Assembly: GCA_018971945.1 (NCBI GenBank)
Contig: JAGWZH010000002.1
Location: 503-64,502 of the forward strand
DNA: 64,000 nt
Direction of reading: 5' to 3'
Origin: Alphaproteobacteria bacterium
Lineage (GTDB): Bacteria > Pseudomonadota > Alphaproteobacteria > Caulobacterales > Aquidulcibacteraceae
In this document: positions 53,995 to 63,925 of the stretch, piece by piece
How the letters are laid out: every line of letters starts with the position of its first letter
Numbering within the stretch: position 1 is the first letter of the stretch
Translations under genes and position numbers: made by a program
The notes under the pieces: generated by a model
Seen by the model: the letters and a program-made list of their open reading frames with translations, nothing else
Databases searched by the model: none
What the model was told of the DNA's origin: nothing

Positions 53995-56103
53995 TCAGAT
54001 TTGGCCCACCGCCTTCAGCCTGACTTTGGCGTGCACTTCGCCTTGGCTCATCACCGTCGTCTGCGGCCGAAAGCGTTCAATCAGGGAGCGAACAAACGGC
54101 CGGATGCCCGGAGAGGTAAGCAGGACCGGACTTTCCCCCATCGTGGCCGCCTTTTCCATCGCTCGCCGCACGTCCGCGATGAACTCATGCAGTTTTGACG
54201 GCGCGAGCGCCAATTGTCTGTTGGCGCCTTCCCCGATCATGGCTTCGGAGAACGCCTGCTCCCATGCCGCCGACAGCGTGACGATTGGCAATTGGCCATC
54301 AGGTCCCTTGTGCTGGCCGCAAATCTGGCGGGACAGGCGCGAGCGGACATGCTCGGTGATATGAACGATGTCTCGGGTTCCTGGCGCTGCCTCTGCGATA
54401 GCCTCCACAATGGTCGTCAAGTCCCGGATGGAGATCCGCTCCGACAACAAATTCTGCAGCACCCGCTGGACGCCCGACCAGCTGATATGGTTCGGCGCCA
54501 CATCGTCCAAAAGCGACTGTGTCTCCTTTGGCAGTTCCTTGATGAGCTTTTTGGCCTCGGCGAAGGTGAGCAGATCCGGCATATGTTCCTTGATGAGCTC
54601 GGTCAGATGGGTCGCAAGGACTGTGGCCGGATCAACCACTGTATACCCGCGGAAGGTGGCGTTTTCCCGGTGCGCCTCGTCGATCCAGGTGGCATCGAGG
54701 CCGAAGGCAGGCTCCTTCACGGGTTCGCCTTGAATCTGCACCCCGGCCCCGGTGGGGTCCATCGCCAGCAACGCGCCCATGCGAAGCCGCCCAGATCCGG
54801 CCTCCATCTCTCGGATCCGGATCGAATAGCCGTCGGAGGGAAGCTGGACATTGTCCAAGATCCGAACGCTGGGGATGATGAAGCCAAGTTCTTGCGCGAG
54901 CGTTTTCCGCAGCGCCTTGATCTGATCGGTCAAACGACGCCCCTGGACGTCGTTGACGAGGCCGAGAAGCCCAAAGCCAAGCTCAAGCCTAATATCGTCA
55001 AGGGCCAGAGCTTGCGCTGGCGTCTCTTCGACTGGCTCTGAAATCGCCGGCGCCGCCGCCTCAGCCGCCCGCGCCGCCCGCGCCCCGCGCAGACGCCACG
55101 CCAGAAGCCCGGCCAAGAGCGCCAGGATCCAGAAAGGCGCCAGGGGCATTCCGGGCAACGCGCCCACAAGAAACGCGCTAACGGCCACGACCCCTAAAGC
55201 CTGAGGATATCCCGACAATTGCTCGCTCAGCGCCTTGTCCGCCGGCCCGTCGACCCCAGCCTTGGACACAAGAATGCCCGCCGCCACCGAGATGATGAGC
55301 GCCGGGATCTGCGCCACGAGCCCGTCGCCTACCGTCAAGCGAGTATAGACGTCGCTTGCCTCGCCAAAGCCGAGCCCGTGGCTTGTCATGCCGATGGCGA
55401 TGCCGCCGATAACATTGATGCCTGTAATCAAGAGCCCGGCGACCGCATCGTTGCGGACGAATTTTGAGGCGCCGTCCATCGATCCGAAGAAGCTGCTCTC
55501 ATCCTCAAGCGCCTTGCGCCGTTCCCGCGCCTGCTGCTCATTGATCAGGCCTGACGAAAGGTCTGCGTCGATGGCCATCTGCTTGCCGGGCATGGCGTCC
55601 AAAGTGAAGCGCGCCGCCACCTCCGCGATCCGCGTGGATCCTCGCGAGATCACGACAAAGTTCACGATGATCAAGACAATGAACATCACCAGCCCGATGA
55701 CGAAATTGCCGCCCATTACAAATGAGCCGAAAGCCGCGATCACGTCTCCGGCGGCCTCCGGTCCATTATGTCCCTCTGAAAGAATAAGCCTTGTGCTTGC
55801 GACATTGAGCGCAAGCCGGAACATCGTTGTGAGCAGAAGAAGAGTGGGGAAGGTTGTGAACTCAAGCGGCTTTTGGATCATCAGCGCCGTCATCAAAACA
55901 AGGATTGACGAGCTGATCGAAACCGCCAGAAGCGTATCCATCATCCATGCCGGCATCGGCATCAGCATGATAGCCAGGATAAAAAGGACCCCGGCAGCCA
56001 GGGCGATATCGCCCCTCAGGACGGCCCGCAAAAGCGACGCGCCATTGAACCCGCCGGGGCGGCCTTGGCCCGCAGAAAGATCAGTCATTGGACGAGCATC
56101 CAT
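53995..56103 (-). CDS. flhA: Flagellar biosynthesis protein FlhA
   Basis: 702 aa. N-terminal TM domain (FPTLLLLTTMFRLALNVASTRLIL, the FHIPEP region) and a C-terminal cytoplasmic domain. Confidence 0.95.
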   Translation of the reverse strand: MDARPMTDLSAGQGRPGGFNGASLLRAVLRGDIALAAGVLFILAIMLMPMPAWMMDTLLAVSISSSILVLMTALMIQKPLEFTTFPTLLLLTTMFRLALNVASTRLILSEGHNGPEAAGDVIAAFGSFVMGGNFVIGLVMFIVLIIVNFVVISRGSTRIAEVAARFTLDAMPGKQMAIDADLSSGLINEQQARERRKALEDESSFFGSMDGASKFVRNDAVAGLLITGINVIGGIAIGMTSHGLGFGEASDVYTRLTVGDGLVAQIPALIISVAAGILVSKAGVDGPADKALSEQLSGYPQALGVVAVSAFLVGALPGMPLAPFWILALLAGLLAWRLRGARAARAAEAAAPAISEPVEETPAQALALDDIRLELGFGLLGLVNDVQGRRLTDQIKALRKTLAQELGFIIPSVRILDNVQLPSDGYSIRIREMEAGSGRLRMGALLAMDPTGAGVQIQGEPVKEPAFGLDATWIDEAHRENATFRGYTVVDPATVLATHLTELIKEHMPDLLTFAEAKKLIKELPKETQSLLDDVAPNHISWSGVQRVLQNLLSERISIRDLTTIVEAIAEAAPGTRDIVHITEHVRSRLSRQICGQHKGPDGQLPIVTLSAAWEQAFSEAMIGEGANRQLALAPSKLHEFIADVRRAMEKAATMGESPVLLTSPGIRPFVRSLIERFRPQTTVMSQGEVHAKVRLKAVGQI

Positions 56104-56105
56104 TT

Positions 56106-57470
56106 TTAGGCTGCATCAAAAGCCTGTCCGTTCGGCGGAGGCGGCACCGCCACGCCCGCATCCGAATAGGCCTTGAGCTTGTTACGCAGCGTACGGATTG
56201 AAATGCCGAGTATCATCGCCGCATGGGTTCGGTTTCCCAGGCAATGGCTGAGGGTCTCTAGGATCAGATCCTGCTCAACCTCCGAAACGGTTCGGCCAAC
56301 GAGCGCCCGCGCGGCGTCCGCTGCATCAGCCGCGCGCGCCGCCAGGTCATGGCCACGCGTCCCCACCGGAGCGCCGTCAGGCGTTCTGATCGCCTCGGGT
56401 CCGATATCAGGCCCCGAAGCCAGGAGCACCGCCCGGTGCATCGTGTTTTCAAGCTCGCGAACATTGCCGCGCCAGGGATGAGCCAGCAGTTGCTGCAGGG
56501 CTTCCTCATTGAGGCGCAACTGCGATCGTCCGTTCGCCTTCGCGTATTTCGCAACGAAGTGCGCCGCAAGCGCGGCGATGTCGTTTCGGCGTTCTCTCAG
56601 TGGCGGAATCCGAAGATTGACCACATTCAGCCGGAACAACAGGTCTTCTCGGAACTCCCCGTCGCGCACCGCCTGCGCAAGATCGCGATTGGACGTGGCG
56701 ACGACGCGGATATTCACCGGAACAGGCTTGGTCCCGCCCACGCGGTCGATGACCCGTTCCTGCAGGGCCCGCAGGAGCTTTGACTGGAGCCGCAGTTCCA
56801 TCTCCGAGATTTCATCAAGCAAGAGCGTGCCGCCATCGGCCTCCTCAAACTTGCCGATCCGTCTCGCGACAGCGCCGGTGAAAGCGTTTTTCTCGTGGCC
56901 GAAGAGTTCTGATTCCAGGAGATTCTCCGGGATGGCCGCACAATTGATCGCGATAAAGGGGCCGGCCTTGCGTTTGGATTTTTGGTGCACATAACGAGCC
57001 ATCACCTCTTTGCCGACGCCGCTTTCCCCTGTGATCAGGATCGAGGCGTCTGACGAAGCGGTTTGGTCAGCGAGCGAAATCACCTGCCGCATCGCGGGAT
57101 CCTCCGCGATCACGGTTGTCTGATCGCAGGCGACCGCTGCGAGGATCGCGCCAATCAACTCCGCGTCCGGAGGCAGCGAGATGAACTCTCGCGCGCCAGC
57201 CCGGATGGCCCGAGCCGCCAAGGTCGGATCGACGCCTACGCCCGCCGCCACCACTGGCGCGACGATGTGCTCCGCCTCATTGGCAGCGATCAGCGCTGCG
57301 ATGTCGAGCCGCGCGTCGACCATCAAGAGATCTGCGCCGCGACCAGCCCGCAGGGCCGCCGTCGCCTGTTCGATCGTATCGACATGGGCGACCTTCGCCC
57401 CCTGGTCCAGCGCGATCTTGGTGGCGGCGGAAATCTGCCCCCCCATCGGTCCGACGATAAGCAGCCGCAT
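56106..57470 (-). CDS. flbD: Sigma-54-dependent flagellar transcriptional regulator FlbD
   Basis: Receiver-like N-terminus, AAA+ domain (GESGVGKE, the GAFTGA-type loop EKNAFTGAV, and ELENTMHRAVL), and a C-terminal Fis-type HTH (AAMILGISIRTLRNKLK). It occupies the same position as Caulobacter flbD, after fliN. Confidence 0.9.
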   Translation of the reverse strand: MRLLIVGPMGGQISAATKIALDQGAKVAHVDTIEQATAALRAGRGADLLMVDARLDIAALIAANEAEHIVAPVVAAGVGVDPTLAARAIRAGAREFISLPPDAELIGAILAAVACDQTTVIAEDPAMRQVISLADQTASSDASILITGESGVGKEVMARYVHQKSKRKAGPFIAINCAAIPENLLESELFGHEKNAFTGAVARRIGKFEEADGGTLLLDEISEMELRLQSKLLRALQERVIDRVGGTKPVPVNIRVVATSNRDLAQAVRDGEFREDLLFRLNVVNLRIPPLRERRNDIAALAAHFVAKYAKANGRSQLRLNEEALQQLLAHPWRGNVRELENTMHRAVLLASGPDIGPEAIRTPDGAPVGTRGHDLAARAADAADAARALVGRTVSEVEQDLILETLSHCLGNRTHAAMILGISIRTLRNKLKAYSDAGVAVPPPPNGQAFDAA

Positions 57471-57482
57471 GGCGTTGTTCCC

Positions 57483-57821
57483 TCAGTTCGCGTCGCCGTC
57501 TTTGATGATCTCAGTCATGGTCACCCCGAGATTCTCCCCCACAAGAACCACCTCGCCCCGCGCCACGAGCCTATTATTGACGAAAATCTCGATGGGTTCG
57601 CCGACTTTGCGGTCAAGCTCCACCACCGAACCATTGCCGAGGCGAAGCAATTGCGCCACGTCCAGATGCGCGCGCCCAAGCACGGCTTGGATATTCACCG
57701 GCACGTCAAAAACAGCCGCGAGATCGGCGGCGGTCTTGTCTTGGTCTGCGGAGGCCGCCTCCGGCGGCGAAAGGGCGCCAGGCTCGAGTTTTGACAAGTT
57801 CATTTTGCCATCGTTGCTCAT
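57483..57821 (-). CDS. fliN: Flagellar motor switch protein FliN
   Basis: C-terminal SpoA domain: VPVNIQAVLGRAHLDVAQLLRLGNGSVVELDRKVGEPIEIFVNNRLVARGEVVLV. Confidence 0.9.
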   Translation of the reverse strand: MSNDGKMNLSKLEPGALSPPEAASADQDKTAADLAAVFDVPVNIQAVLGRAHLDVAQLLRLGNGSVVELDRKVGEPIEIFVNNRLVARGEVVLVGENLGVTMTEIIKDGDAN

Positions 57822-57824
57822 CGT

Positions 57825-58496
57825 CTAAGGCTCCTGCGTCCCGGAGGCTGCGAGGCCCCACTCTTCCTGCGCCAGCGTCGCTTCGAGGCGGGCGATTAAC
57901 GCGGCTGTATCCAGACGCACGGCCCCGTCGCCCCATTCGATCGCCACATCCCCATGGCCCATCCCTTCTGCGGCGCGCACCAGCAGAGAGCCTGTGAACC
58001 CGTGCGCCTTGGCGGTCTCCTGCAGCCGCGGCCGCAGCCCCTCTATTCCATCCTCGCCGACCCGCACGACGAGGCGGGTTTCTCCCCCGAGAGTTTCCAG
58101 GACGATGTCGAAAGCATCGATGACCCGCTCGGTCCCGAACGCTTCCAGCGCGCGCCCGGCCACGACTTTGGCCATCGCCAAGGCGAGCCTCGCCGCCTCT
58201 TGACGCAGAACGGCGGTCTCTCTTTCCAACGCCGCTTCAAGCCGCTGCGCCGCGCGCGCCGCCGCCGCAAGCTGAACCGCAAGCGCCGCCTCGGCGGCCG
58301 CTGCCGCATCGGCGCGTCCGGCCCGTTCGCCTTCCGCCCGAGCCGCTTCCAACTCGTCTTGCGAGAAACGCCGTTCCTGCCGGTCCTGTCGCCGCATCGC
58401 CTGGCCAGCCGCGTCAAACACAAGATCAAACGCGTATTTACGGATTTCCGGCTTCTGCGCCGCGTCTGTTTCGGAGGGTGAGACGAGCTTGCTCAA
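57825..58496 (-). CDS. fliH: FliH-like flagellar assembly protein (FlbE position)
   Basis: Ala/Glu/Arg-rich coiled-coil centre and a FliH-type C-terminal domain. It lies between fliG and fliN, as flbE does in Caulobacter. Overlaps the fliG stop by 4 nt. Confidence 0.7.
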   Translation of the reverse strand: MSKLVSPSETDAAQKPEIRKYAFDLVFDAAGQAMRRQDRQERRFSQDELEAARAEGERAGRADAAAAAEAALAVQLAAAARAAQRLEAALERETAVLRQEAARLALAMAKVVAGRALEAFGTERVIDAFDIVLETLGGETRLVVRVGEDGIEGLRPRLQETAKAHGFTGSLLVRAAEGMGHGDVAIEWGDGAVRLDTAALIARLEATLAQEEWGLAASGTQEP

Positions 58497-59539
58497 TAGA
58501 TCAACTCGTCTTCATCTTCAGCCTCGGAGACCTCGATTTCACCCCGCGCCGCGAGGTCTTTCACAAGCTCTACGATACGGCTCTGGGATTGATCGACCTC
58601 CCGCAGCCGCACAGGTCCAAGCGCGGCCATGTCCTCCCTCATGAGCTTCGCCCCCCGCTCGCTCATATTGGACAGGAACAGATTGCGCAGCTCATCAGAG
58701 GCGCCCTTGAGCGCCATCGCAAGATCGCCTTTGTCAGCTTGGCGCAGAACCGTCTGCACCCCGCCCGCATCGAGCCGCTTGAGGTCTTCAAACACAAACA
58801 TGAGCGCTCTGATTTGCTCGGCGCTGTCGCGATGGCGCTCCTCAAGAGCGGCGAAGAAACGCGTTTCGGTTTGCCGATCGAAGCTGTTGAAAATCTCCGC
58901 CACGGCCTCCTGCGGGTTCTTTCGTGAGCTTCGCGCAAGGCTCGACATGAACTCGACGCTGAGCGTTTTTTCTATCTTTTCGAGCATGTCGCGATGCACC
59001 GGCTCCATTCGCAGCATTCGCAACACGCACTCGGTGGCGAATTCCTCCGGCAGGTTGGCGAGCACTTTGGCGGCGTGGCTTGACTTGATCTTCGACAGAA
59101 CGACCGCGACTGTTTGTGGATATTCGTTCTTCAGATAATTGGCGAGCAGGACCTCGTCCACGTTGGCGAGTTTATCCCAGATCTTCCGCCCTGCTGGCCC
59201 CCTGATCTCCTCCATCAGGCTGTCCACCCGATCTTTGGGAAACATCGCTGCCAACAGCTTCTGGGTCTGTTCGAACGACCCCATGATCGACCCTGACACG
59301 GACAATTTTTCCACAAAATCCATGATCAGGGCCTCGACGGTTACCGCCGGCACCACGCCCAGGCTGGACATGGCATGGCCGATTTCTTTGACTTCTTCTT
59401 CATCGAGCAGCTTCCAAATCGTTTGCGCATGCTCTCCCAGGCTCAACAGAATGATCGCGGCCCTCTCTACGCCGGTATAGGAGGCGAGATCGCGGTTTGA
59501 CGCGGTGGGTGAGGAGGAAGGGGAGGGTGTCTGCGTCAT
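58493..59539 (-). CDS. fliG: Flagellar motor switch protein FliG
   Basis: Contains [12 protein letters not shown], the conserved MFVFEDL motif ([15 protein letters not shown]), and the C-terminal torque helix region. Confidence 0.95.
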   Translation of the reverse strand: MTQTPSPSSSPTASNRDLASYTGVERAAIILLSLGEHAQTIWKLLDEEEVKEIGHAMSSLGVVPAVTVEALIMDFVEKLSVSGSIMGSFEQTQKLLAAMFPKDRVDSLMEEIRGPAGRKIWDKLANVDEVLLANYLKNEYPQTVAVVLSKIKSSHAAKVLANLPEEFATECVLRMLRMEPVHRDMLEKIEKTLSVEFMSSLARSSRKNPQEAVAEIFNSFDRQTETRFFAALEERHRDSAEQIRALMFVFEDLKRLDAGGVQTVLRQADKGDLAMALKGASDELRNLFLSNMSERGAKLMREDMAALGPVRLREVDQSQSRIVELVKDLAARGEIEVSEAEDEDELIY

Positions 59540-59543
59540 CGCC

Positions 59544-61187
59544 TCAGCTTGCCGTGTTCAACCAGCTACGAATGATTTGGGCGCTCTCCTCAGGGTTTTT
59601 TTGGACGACTTCGGCGATCTGCTGGACCGACGAGGCGTTCACCCTCCCTTGAACAGACCCGAGCGCGACGCCTGAATCGTTGGCTGGTCCCCCCGGCAAG
59701 AGCGCGGCCGCTGCGCCAGCGGCGGGCAGTCCCGCGGCTGCGCTGCCGCCAGCCAAAGCCGTCGCCGGTCCCTCGAGCGCCGCCGCCGCGCCGTTTGCGG
59801 CGCCGCCGCGCACAAGGCCTCCGATCAGCGGCCGCACCACGAAAAAGACAAGCGCCAGAGCGGCGATCAGCGCCGCCCCGACCTCGACGAGGCGCATGAT
59901 GTCGGCGGTCGCCAAGGACACCGCGGGCTCCGCCTCCGGCGCTGGGATTTCAGGCCGGTCAAACCGCACGCTGACCACTTCCACCACATCGCCGCGGGAC
60001 TGATCAAAGCCAACAGCCGACCGAACCAGCGTGGCGATCTGGGCTATGTCCTCGGCCGACCGTGGGGTCCAGGTCGGCGCCGCGCCGTCCGCCCCTGGAG
60101 TGCTCACCCCATCCACCGCTACGGCCACCGCAAGCCGGCGCAGACGCCCTCCCTCGATGATTTCGGTCCTTGTCGTGCGAGAAATCTCGAAATTGGTGGT
60201 CTCTTCCGTCCGGCTTGTCGTGCTCCGCTCGCCCCCGTCGCCAGCGGCGCCGCCTGCGCCGTCTGGCACATTGGCTGAAGCCGTGGTCGCTCCCTCCGAG
60301 GAGCTGTCTGCTGTCTCTGTCTCTTCCTCCACCGACACCGTCGACCGCGGCACCCGGCCTTCCGGATCAAACCGCTCGCTGGTTTCGCTGATCCGGTTGA
60401 AGTCAAGCTCAGCGGTTACCTGGACCCGGCTATTGCCCACCCCGACGATCCCATCGACGATATCGCTCACGGTGCGCCTGATGCGTTCCTCCGTAGCCGC
60501 TTGGCGCGCTTCGCCCTCCTCGGCCAAAGCTGTGTCGCCTTCGCTGGCGGCGGCCAAAAGCCTGCCGGTCTCGTCGATGATGGAGACCTGGTGGGATGAC
60601 AAACCGGGCACAGCGCTCGCGACCAGATTGCGGATCGCCCGCACCTGGCTCGCGGTGAGTTCGTCTCGCCGCAAGGCCAAAACGATCGACGCCGAAGGAT
60701 CCTGCCGCTCGCGCTCGAAAAGCTGCCGCTCCGGCAGCACCAGATGCACCCGCGCCGCCTCGATCCCCTCAAGCGAGGCGATCGTTCGGGCGAGTTCGCC
60801 CTCAAGCGCGCGCAGCCGATTAATATTCTGTTGGAATTGGGTTTGACCAAGCGCGTCCGCGTTGTCGAAAATCTCGTATCCCACGCCGCCCCGGGAGGGG
60901 AGGCCTTCCCCTGCGAGCATCATGCGCGCGCTCAGCACCTCGCTGCGCGGCACGAAGATGGACGAGCCGTCCCCGCGCAGTTCGAAAGCGACGCCAGCCT
61001 GTTCAAGCTGCGCCGTGATCGCGGCGGCCTCTTGCATCCCCACGCCGGAAAAGAGCAGCGCCTTTTCCTCCGATCCCATGCGGAACACGAGGGCGAACAA
61101 CAGTGCAGAGGCGAGCGCGGTCGCCGCCAAGGCTGCGATGAGCCTTGTCGGTCCAAGCTTGCCGAACAATTGCATCATTCCGTTCAA
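59544..61187 (-). CDS. fliF: Flagellar M-ring protein FliF
   Basis: N-terminal TM, YscJ/FliF ring-building motifs ([20 protein letters not shown]), a second TM and a C-terminal FliG-binding tail. The track start is TTG 61187. An ATG at 61178 is the alternative. Confidence 0.9.
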   Translation of the reverse strand: MNGMMQLFGKLGPTRLIAALAATALASALLFALVFRMGSEEKALLFSGVGMQEAAAITAQLEQAGVAFELRGDGSSIFVPRSEVLSARMMLAGEGLPSRGGVGYEIFDNADALGQTQFQQNINRLRALEGELARTIASLEGIEAARVHLVLPERQLFERERQDPSASIVLALRRDELTASQVRAIRNLVASAVPGLSSHQVSIIDETGRLLAAASEGDTALAEEGEARQAATEERIRRTVSDIVDGIVGVGNSRVQVTAELDFNRISETSERFDPEGRVPRSTVSVEEETETADSSSEGATTASANVPDGAGGAAGDGGERSTTSRTEETTNFEISRTTRTEIIEGGRLRRLAVAVAVDGVSTPGADGAAPTWTPRSAEDIAQIATLVRSAVGFDQSRGDVVEVVSVRFDRPEIPAPEAEPAVSLATADIMRLVEVGAALIAALALVFFVVRPLIGGLVRGGAANGAAAALEGPATALAGGSAAAGLPAAGAAAALLPGGPANDSGVALGSVQGRVNASSVQQIAEVVQKNPEESAQIIRSWLNTAS

Positions 61188-61222
61188 GGGGCTTCTCTCT
61201 GCCGATGTCGAAGTCGACAGGG

Positions 61223-61258
61223 GGGAAATTCCTGCCGACCGCTCGGCAGAAATTTCCC
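61223..61258. repeat. 36-nt near-perfect inverted repeat between sciP and fliF
   Basis: The arms gggaaattcctgccga / tcggcagaaatttccc pair at 15 of 16 positions around a 4-nt centre (ccgc). A second small palindrome, tgtcga-ag-tcgaca, lies at 61206-61219. Confidence 0.85.
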
Positions 61259-61265
61259 AGAGCCA

Positions 61266-61281
61266 GTGAAGGATGCGTTAA
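61266..61281 (-). promoter_or_regulatory. CtrA-box-like element TTAA-N7-TTCAC upstream of fliF
   Basis: The minus strand reads TTAACGCATCCTTCAC, one mismatch from TTAA-N7-TTAAC. It lies about 80-100 nt upstream of the fliF start. fliF is a CtrA-dependent class II gene in Caulobacter. Confidence 0.35.
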
Positions 61282-61303
61282 GGCCGCCCGCGGCCGCGCC
61301 GTT

Positions 61304-61579
61304 TCAGGCGCCGCGATAATGCTGCAGCCGTGTGGTGCGCAGGCCCGGAAGGCCGTGTCTTTCGATCGCCTTTTTCCAGCCCTCGAACTCTTCGAGGGAC
61401 AGATTATAGCGGGCGCAGGCGTCCTCCATGGTTAGAAGCCCGCCGCGCACGGCGGCCACGACCTCGGCCTTGCGCCGGATAACCCAGCGCGTTGTGCCTG
61501 CGGGCGGCAGATCATCCAGGGTCAGTGGGTTGCCGTCAGGCCCCATGACCACCCCATCCAACCGGCGTTGCTTCTGCAT
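61304..61579 (-). CDS. sciP: SciP-type small CtrA inhibitory protein (DUF1153)
   Basis: 91 aa with GPDGNPLTLDDLPPAGTTRWVIRRKAEVVAAVRGGLLTMEEA-type HTH and GLPGLRTTRLQHYR at the C-terminus. It lies between the hook genes and fliF, as in Caulobacter. SD AAGGAG precedes the ATG. Confidence 0.85.
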   Translation of the reverse strand: MQKQRRLDGVVMGPDGNPLTLDDLPPAGTTRWVIRRKAEVVAAVRGGLLTMEDACARYNLSLEEFEGWKKAIERHGLPGLRTTRLQHYRGA

Positions 61580-61669
61580 CGCGCGATGTCTCCTTTGTTT
61601 ATGGAGACAATGCTATACACGGAAGCCTTGAAAAAACGCCTAAAGCGGAAGGTAAATAAATATTAGTTA

Positions 61670-61692
61670 GCTTGTATCACAATAATACAAGC
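61670..61692 (-). terminator. AT-rich hairpin downstream of flgE (candidate weak terminator or operator)
   Basis: 8-bp stem gcttgtat / atacaagc with a 7-nt loop, followed on the minus strand by the T-rich taactaatatttattt. Confidence 0.4.
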
Positions 61693-61743
61693 CACTAGTC
61701 AGCTTTATGCCTAAGAGGTTTGGAGTAAGAAAAAATCTAACGA

Positions 61744-63084
61744 TCAGCGTTTGATCGCGATAAGTTCCTCCAACATCTGGTCTGACGTGGTGATGATCCG
61801 CGCCGAAGCGGAATAGGCCCGCTGCGTCGTGATCAGAGTGGTGAACTCGGTGGCAAGATCGACATTGGACGCCTCAAGCACGCCGGACTTGATCTTGCCG
61901 GCGCCCCCGCTGTTCATTGCGTTGATCGAGTATGGGCCCGAACCAAGGGTGGTGCGGTAAGTGCCGCCCTCGGCGGCTTCAAGATTATTCGCCGTGCGGA
62001 AGGTGGCGAGCGGGAGCTGATACAAGGCTCTGGTCCGCCCGTTCGAGAATTGCGCTGTCAGCAGTCCGGCGCCTTCGAGCTGCAGGCCCAGGAGCTCCCC
62101 AGGAGGCACCCCGTCCGAGGTCACGCTCGACACCCCGAACGGAATGGCGAACTGGCTCACGCCTTTCGCCATATCGAGCGTGATCGTCTGATTGCTGGCG
62201 CCGGTCGCATCAGCCCAGTCGACCGCAAAGGGAGCAAAGGGAATAGCAGCCGGGTTTGAAGCCGGAAGATTGGTGATGCTCCCCACCGTGCCGTCAGCGT
62301 TGAAATTGAGATAACCCGACGCCAATAGCCCATTGGGATGGGCGACAAGATTCACTGCCGCAGCGGGGTTCGCCGCCACTTCAAACGCCCACTGATTGGG
62401 GGCTGTTTTAAGAAAACGGACACTCATGGTCCGCGCCGACCCGAGGCTGTCGAAACCCTCAACGGTCGTTTCAAAATGCTTGCTGATGCCGCCCGGCGCG
62501 GACAGCGAACCTGCGCTATAGGCGGGGGGCCCTGCATAGACAGCTTGGTTGGCCTGCAGATTGCCGTTAATGGAAATGGTCTTGGTGGGCTCCGCCACGC
62601 CCCCGACGCCTCCGATATTGACGGGCCGCAGAACAGACAGGCTCGAAGGGCTTGGATCCACCGTGCCATCCGCGGCGACGGGCCAGCCGTGCAGGAAGAA
62701 GCCCTCGGCGTTGACGAGATTGCCCTGCGCGTCGATCTGGAAAGATCCCGAACGCGTGAACAGCATGTCCCCACCTTCCACAAGCTGGGATGGGACGCGC
62801 GAGACGACGAAAAACCCATTCCCCTCGATCGCCATATCGATCGGAGAGCGCGACTGCTCGAGCGATCCTTCCACCTCGACGAGCCGCCGCGTCTGCGACA
62901 CGACCCCTCCGGCGTTGTAGGTCGTCAGCTGGTTCTGCCCGTTCACGAGGGGAGCAAAAGAGGTGAGCGCCCTCTTATAGGCGGTGGTGTTGACATTGGC
63001 GATATTGTCCGAGACCACCGCAAGAGCGCTGGACTGGGCGGCGAGACCGGAAACCCCGGCCCGGAGCGCGCTGTAAATGCTCAT
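61744..63084 (-). CDS. flgE: Flagellar hook protein FlgE
   Basis: Conserved termini MSIYSALRAGVSGLAAQSSALAVVSDNIANVNTTAYK and TQRAYSASARIITTSDQMLEELIAIKR. SD GGAGG lies 7 nt before ATG 63084. Confidence 0.95.
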   Translation of the reverse strand: MSIYSALRAGVSGLAAQSSALAVVSDNIANVNTTAYKRALTSFAPLVNGQNQLTTYNAGGVVSQTRRLVEVEGSLEQSRSPIDMAIEGNGFFVVSRVPSQLVEGGDMLFTRSGSFQIDAQGNLVNAEGFFLHGWPVAADGTVDPSPSSLSVLRPVNIGGVGGVAEPTKTISINGNLQANQAVYAGPPAYSAGSLSAPGGISKHFETTVEGFDSLGSARTMSVRFLKTAPNQWAFEVAANPAAAVNLVAHPNGLLASGYLNFNADGTVGSITNLPASNPAAIPFAPFAVDWADATGASNQTITLDMAKGVSQFAIPFGVSSVTSDGVPPGELLGLQLEGAGLLTAQFSNGRTRALYQLPLATFRTANNLEAAEGGTYRTTLGSGPYSINAMNSGGAGKIKSGVLEASNVDLATEFTTLITTQRAYSASARIITTSDQMLEELIAIKR

Positions 63085-63217
63085 AAAGACCTCCAAGGCG
63101 GCCGAGCGCGCTGAGGGCGCTAGAGCCTATCATTAACGAAACAGGGTTGTGGGCGCCGTTCTGGCTGGACAGGCGCTCGCAGTCCGCTGAGCGCGCTGGC
63201 GAATGACAAAAAGCGCC

Positions 63218-63913
63218 TCAGTTGGCGCGGATGGCGCGGATGGCGTCGAATCCGCGGGTTCCTCCAGGGGTGATGAAGACAGGCGTCCCCCTCTCGTCGA
63301 AACTGACGCCCGTCACGGTCTCGTTGACCCTGATGGCGGGGGCGATGGCTGTTCCCTCGGCGTTGGTCGCTGCGATGCTGAGCCGATAGACCCCAGCCGG
63401 GGCAGGGTTTCCAGCAGTGGTGGTCCCATCCCAGGCGAACCCGGTGCGGCCTGCTTGCGCTCCAAGGGATTGCTCAAAGATAATCCGTCCCGAAGCGTCA
63501 TGGACACGGGCTGTCGCCCGCATGGCGGGTTCGGAGAAGGCCATCTCCCAGCTTACATCGTCTCCGGCCGTAAGGACGCCAGCGACATCTGAATCGATTT
63601 CCACCATCCGCCCGAGATAGGTCAAAGCGCCAGCGGTTTGCGAAGCGCGGGTCGCGGTCACCAATGCCTCCATCTGCTCGTTGGTGCGGATCTGTTGCTC
63701 GACCTGGCTGAACTGCACGAGCTGCTGGGTGAACTGCGTCGCATCCATGGGCGCGAGCGGGTCTTGGTTCTGGATTTGCGCGGTCAGCAGCCGCAAAAAC
63801 GTGTCGAAATTGGACCCCAATGAGGTCCGCGACGCGGCCGCGGCGTTGTCGGGCTGAGATTGGCTCCGAGCTGCGGCGCCTGCGGCCTGCGAAAGGGCGG
63901 AAAAATCGGTCAT
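63218..63913 (-). CDS. flgD: Flagellar hook assembly (capping) protein FlgD
   Basis: N-terminal FDTFLRLLTAQIQNQDPLAPMD motif and a C-terminal FlgD Ig-like domain (AGVYRLSIAATN). Confidence 0.9.
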   Translation of the reverse strand: MTDFSALSQAAGAAARSQSQPDNAAAASRTSLGSNFDTFLRLLTAQIQNQDPLAPMDATQFTQQLVQFSQVEQQIRTNEQMEALVTATRASQTAGALTYLGRMVEIDSDVAGVLTAGDDVSWEMAFSEPAMRATARVHDASGRIIFEQSLGAQAGRTGFAWDGTTTAGNPAPAGVYRLSIAATNAEGTAIAPAIRVNETVTGVSFDERGTPVFITPGGTRGFDAIRAIRAN

Positions 63914-63925
63914 GGCGATGACTTC

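Noticed and set aside
63085-63217. Sigma-54 promoter (GG-N10-GC) or ftr element between flgD and flgE.
   Set aside because: Scanning the minus strand by eye found no TGGC-N7-TTGC-like element. flgE probably rides on the upstream hook-operon transcript.
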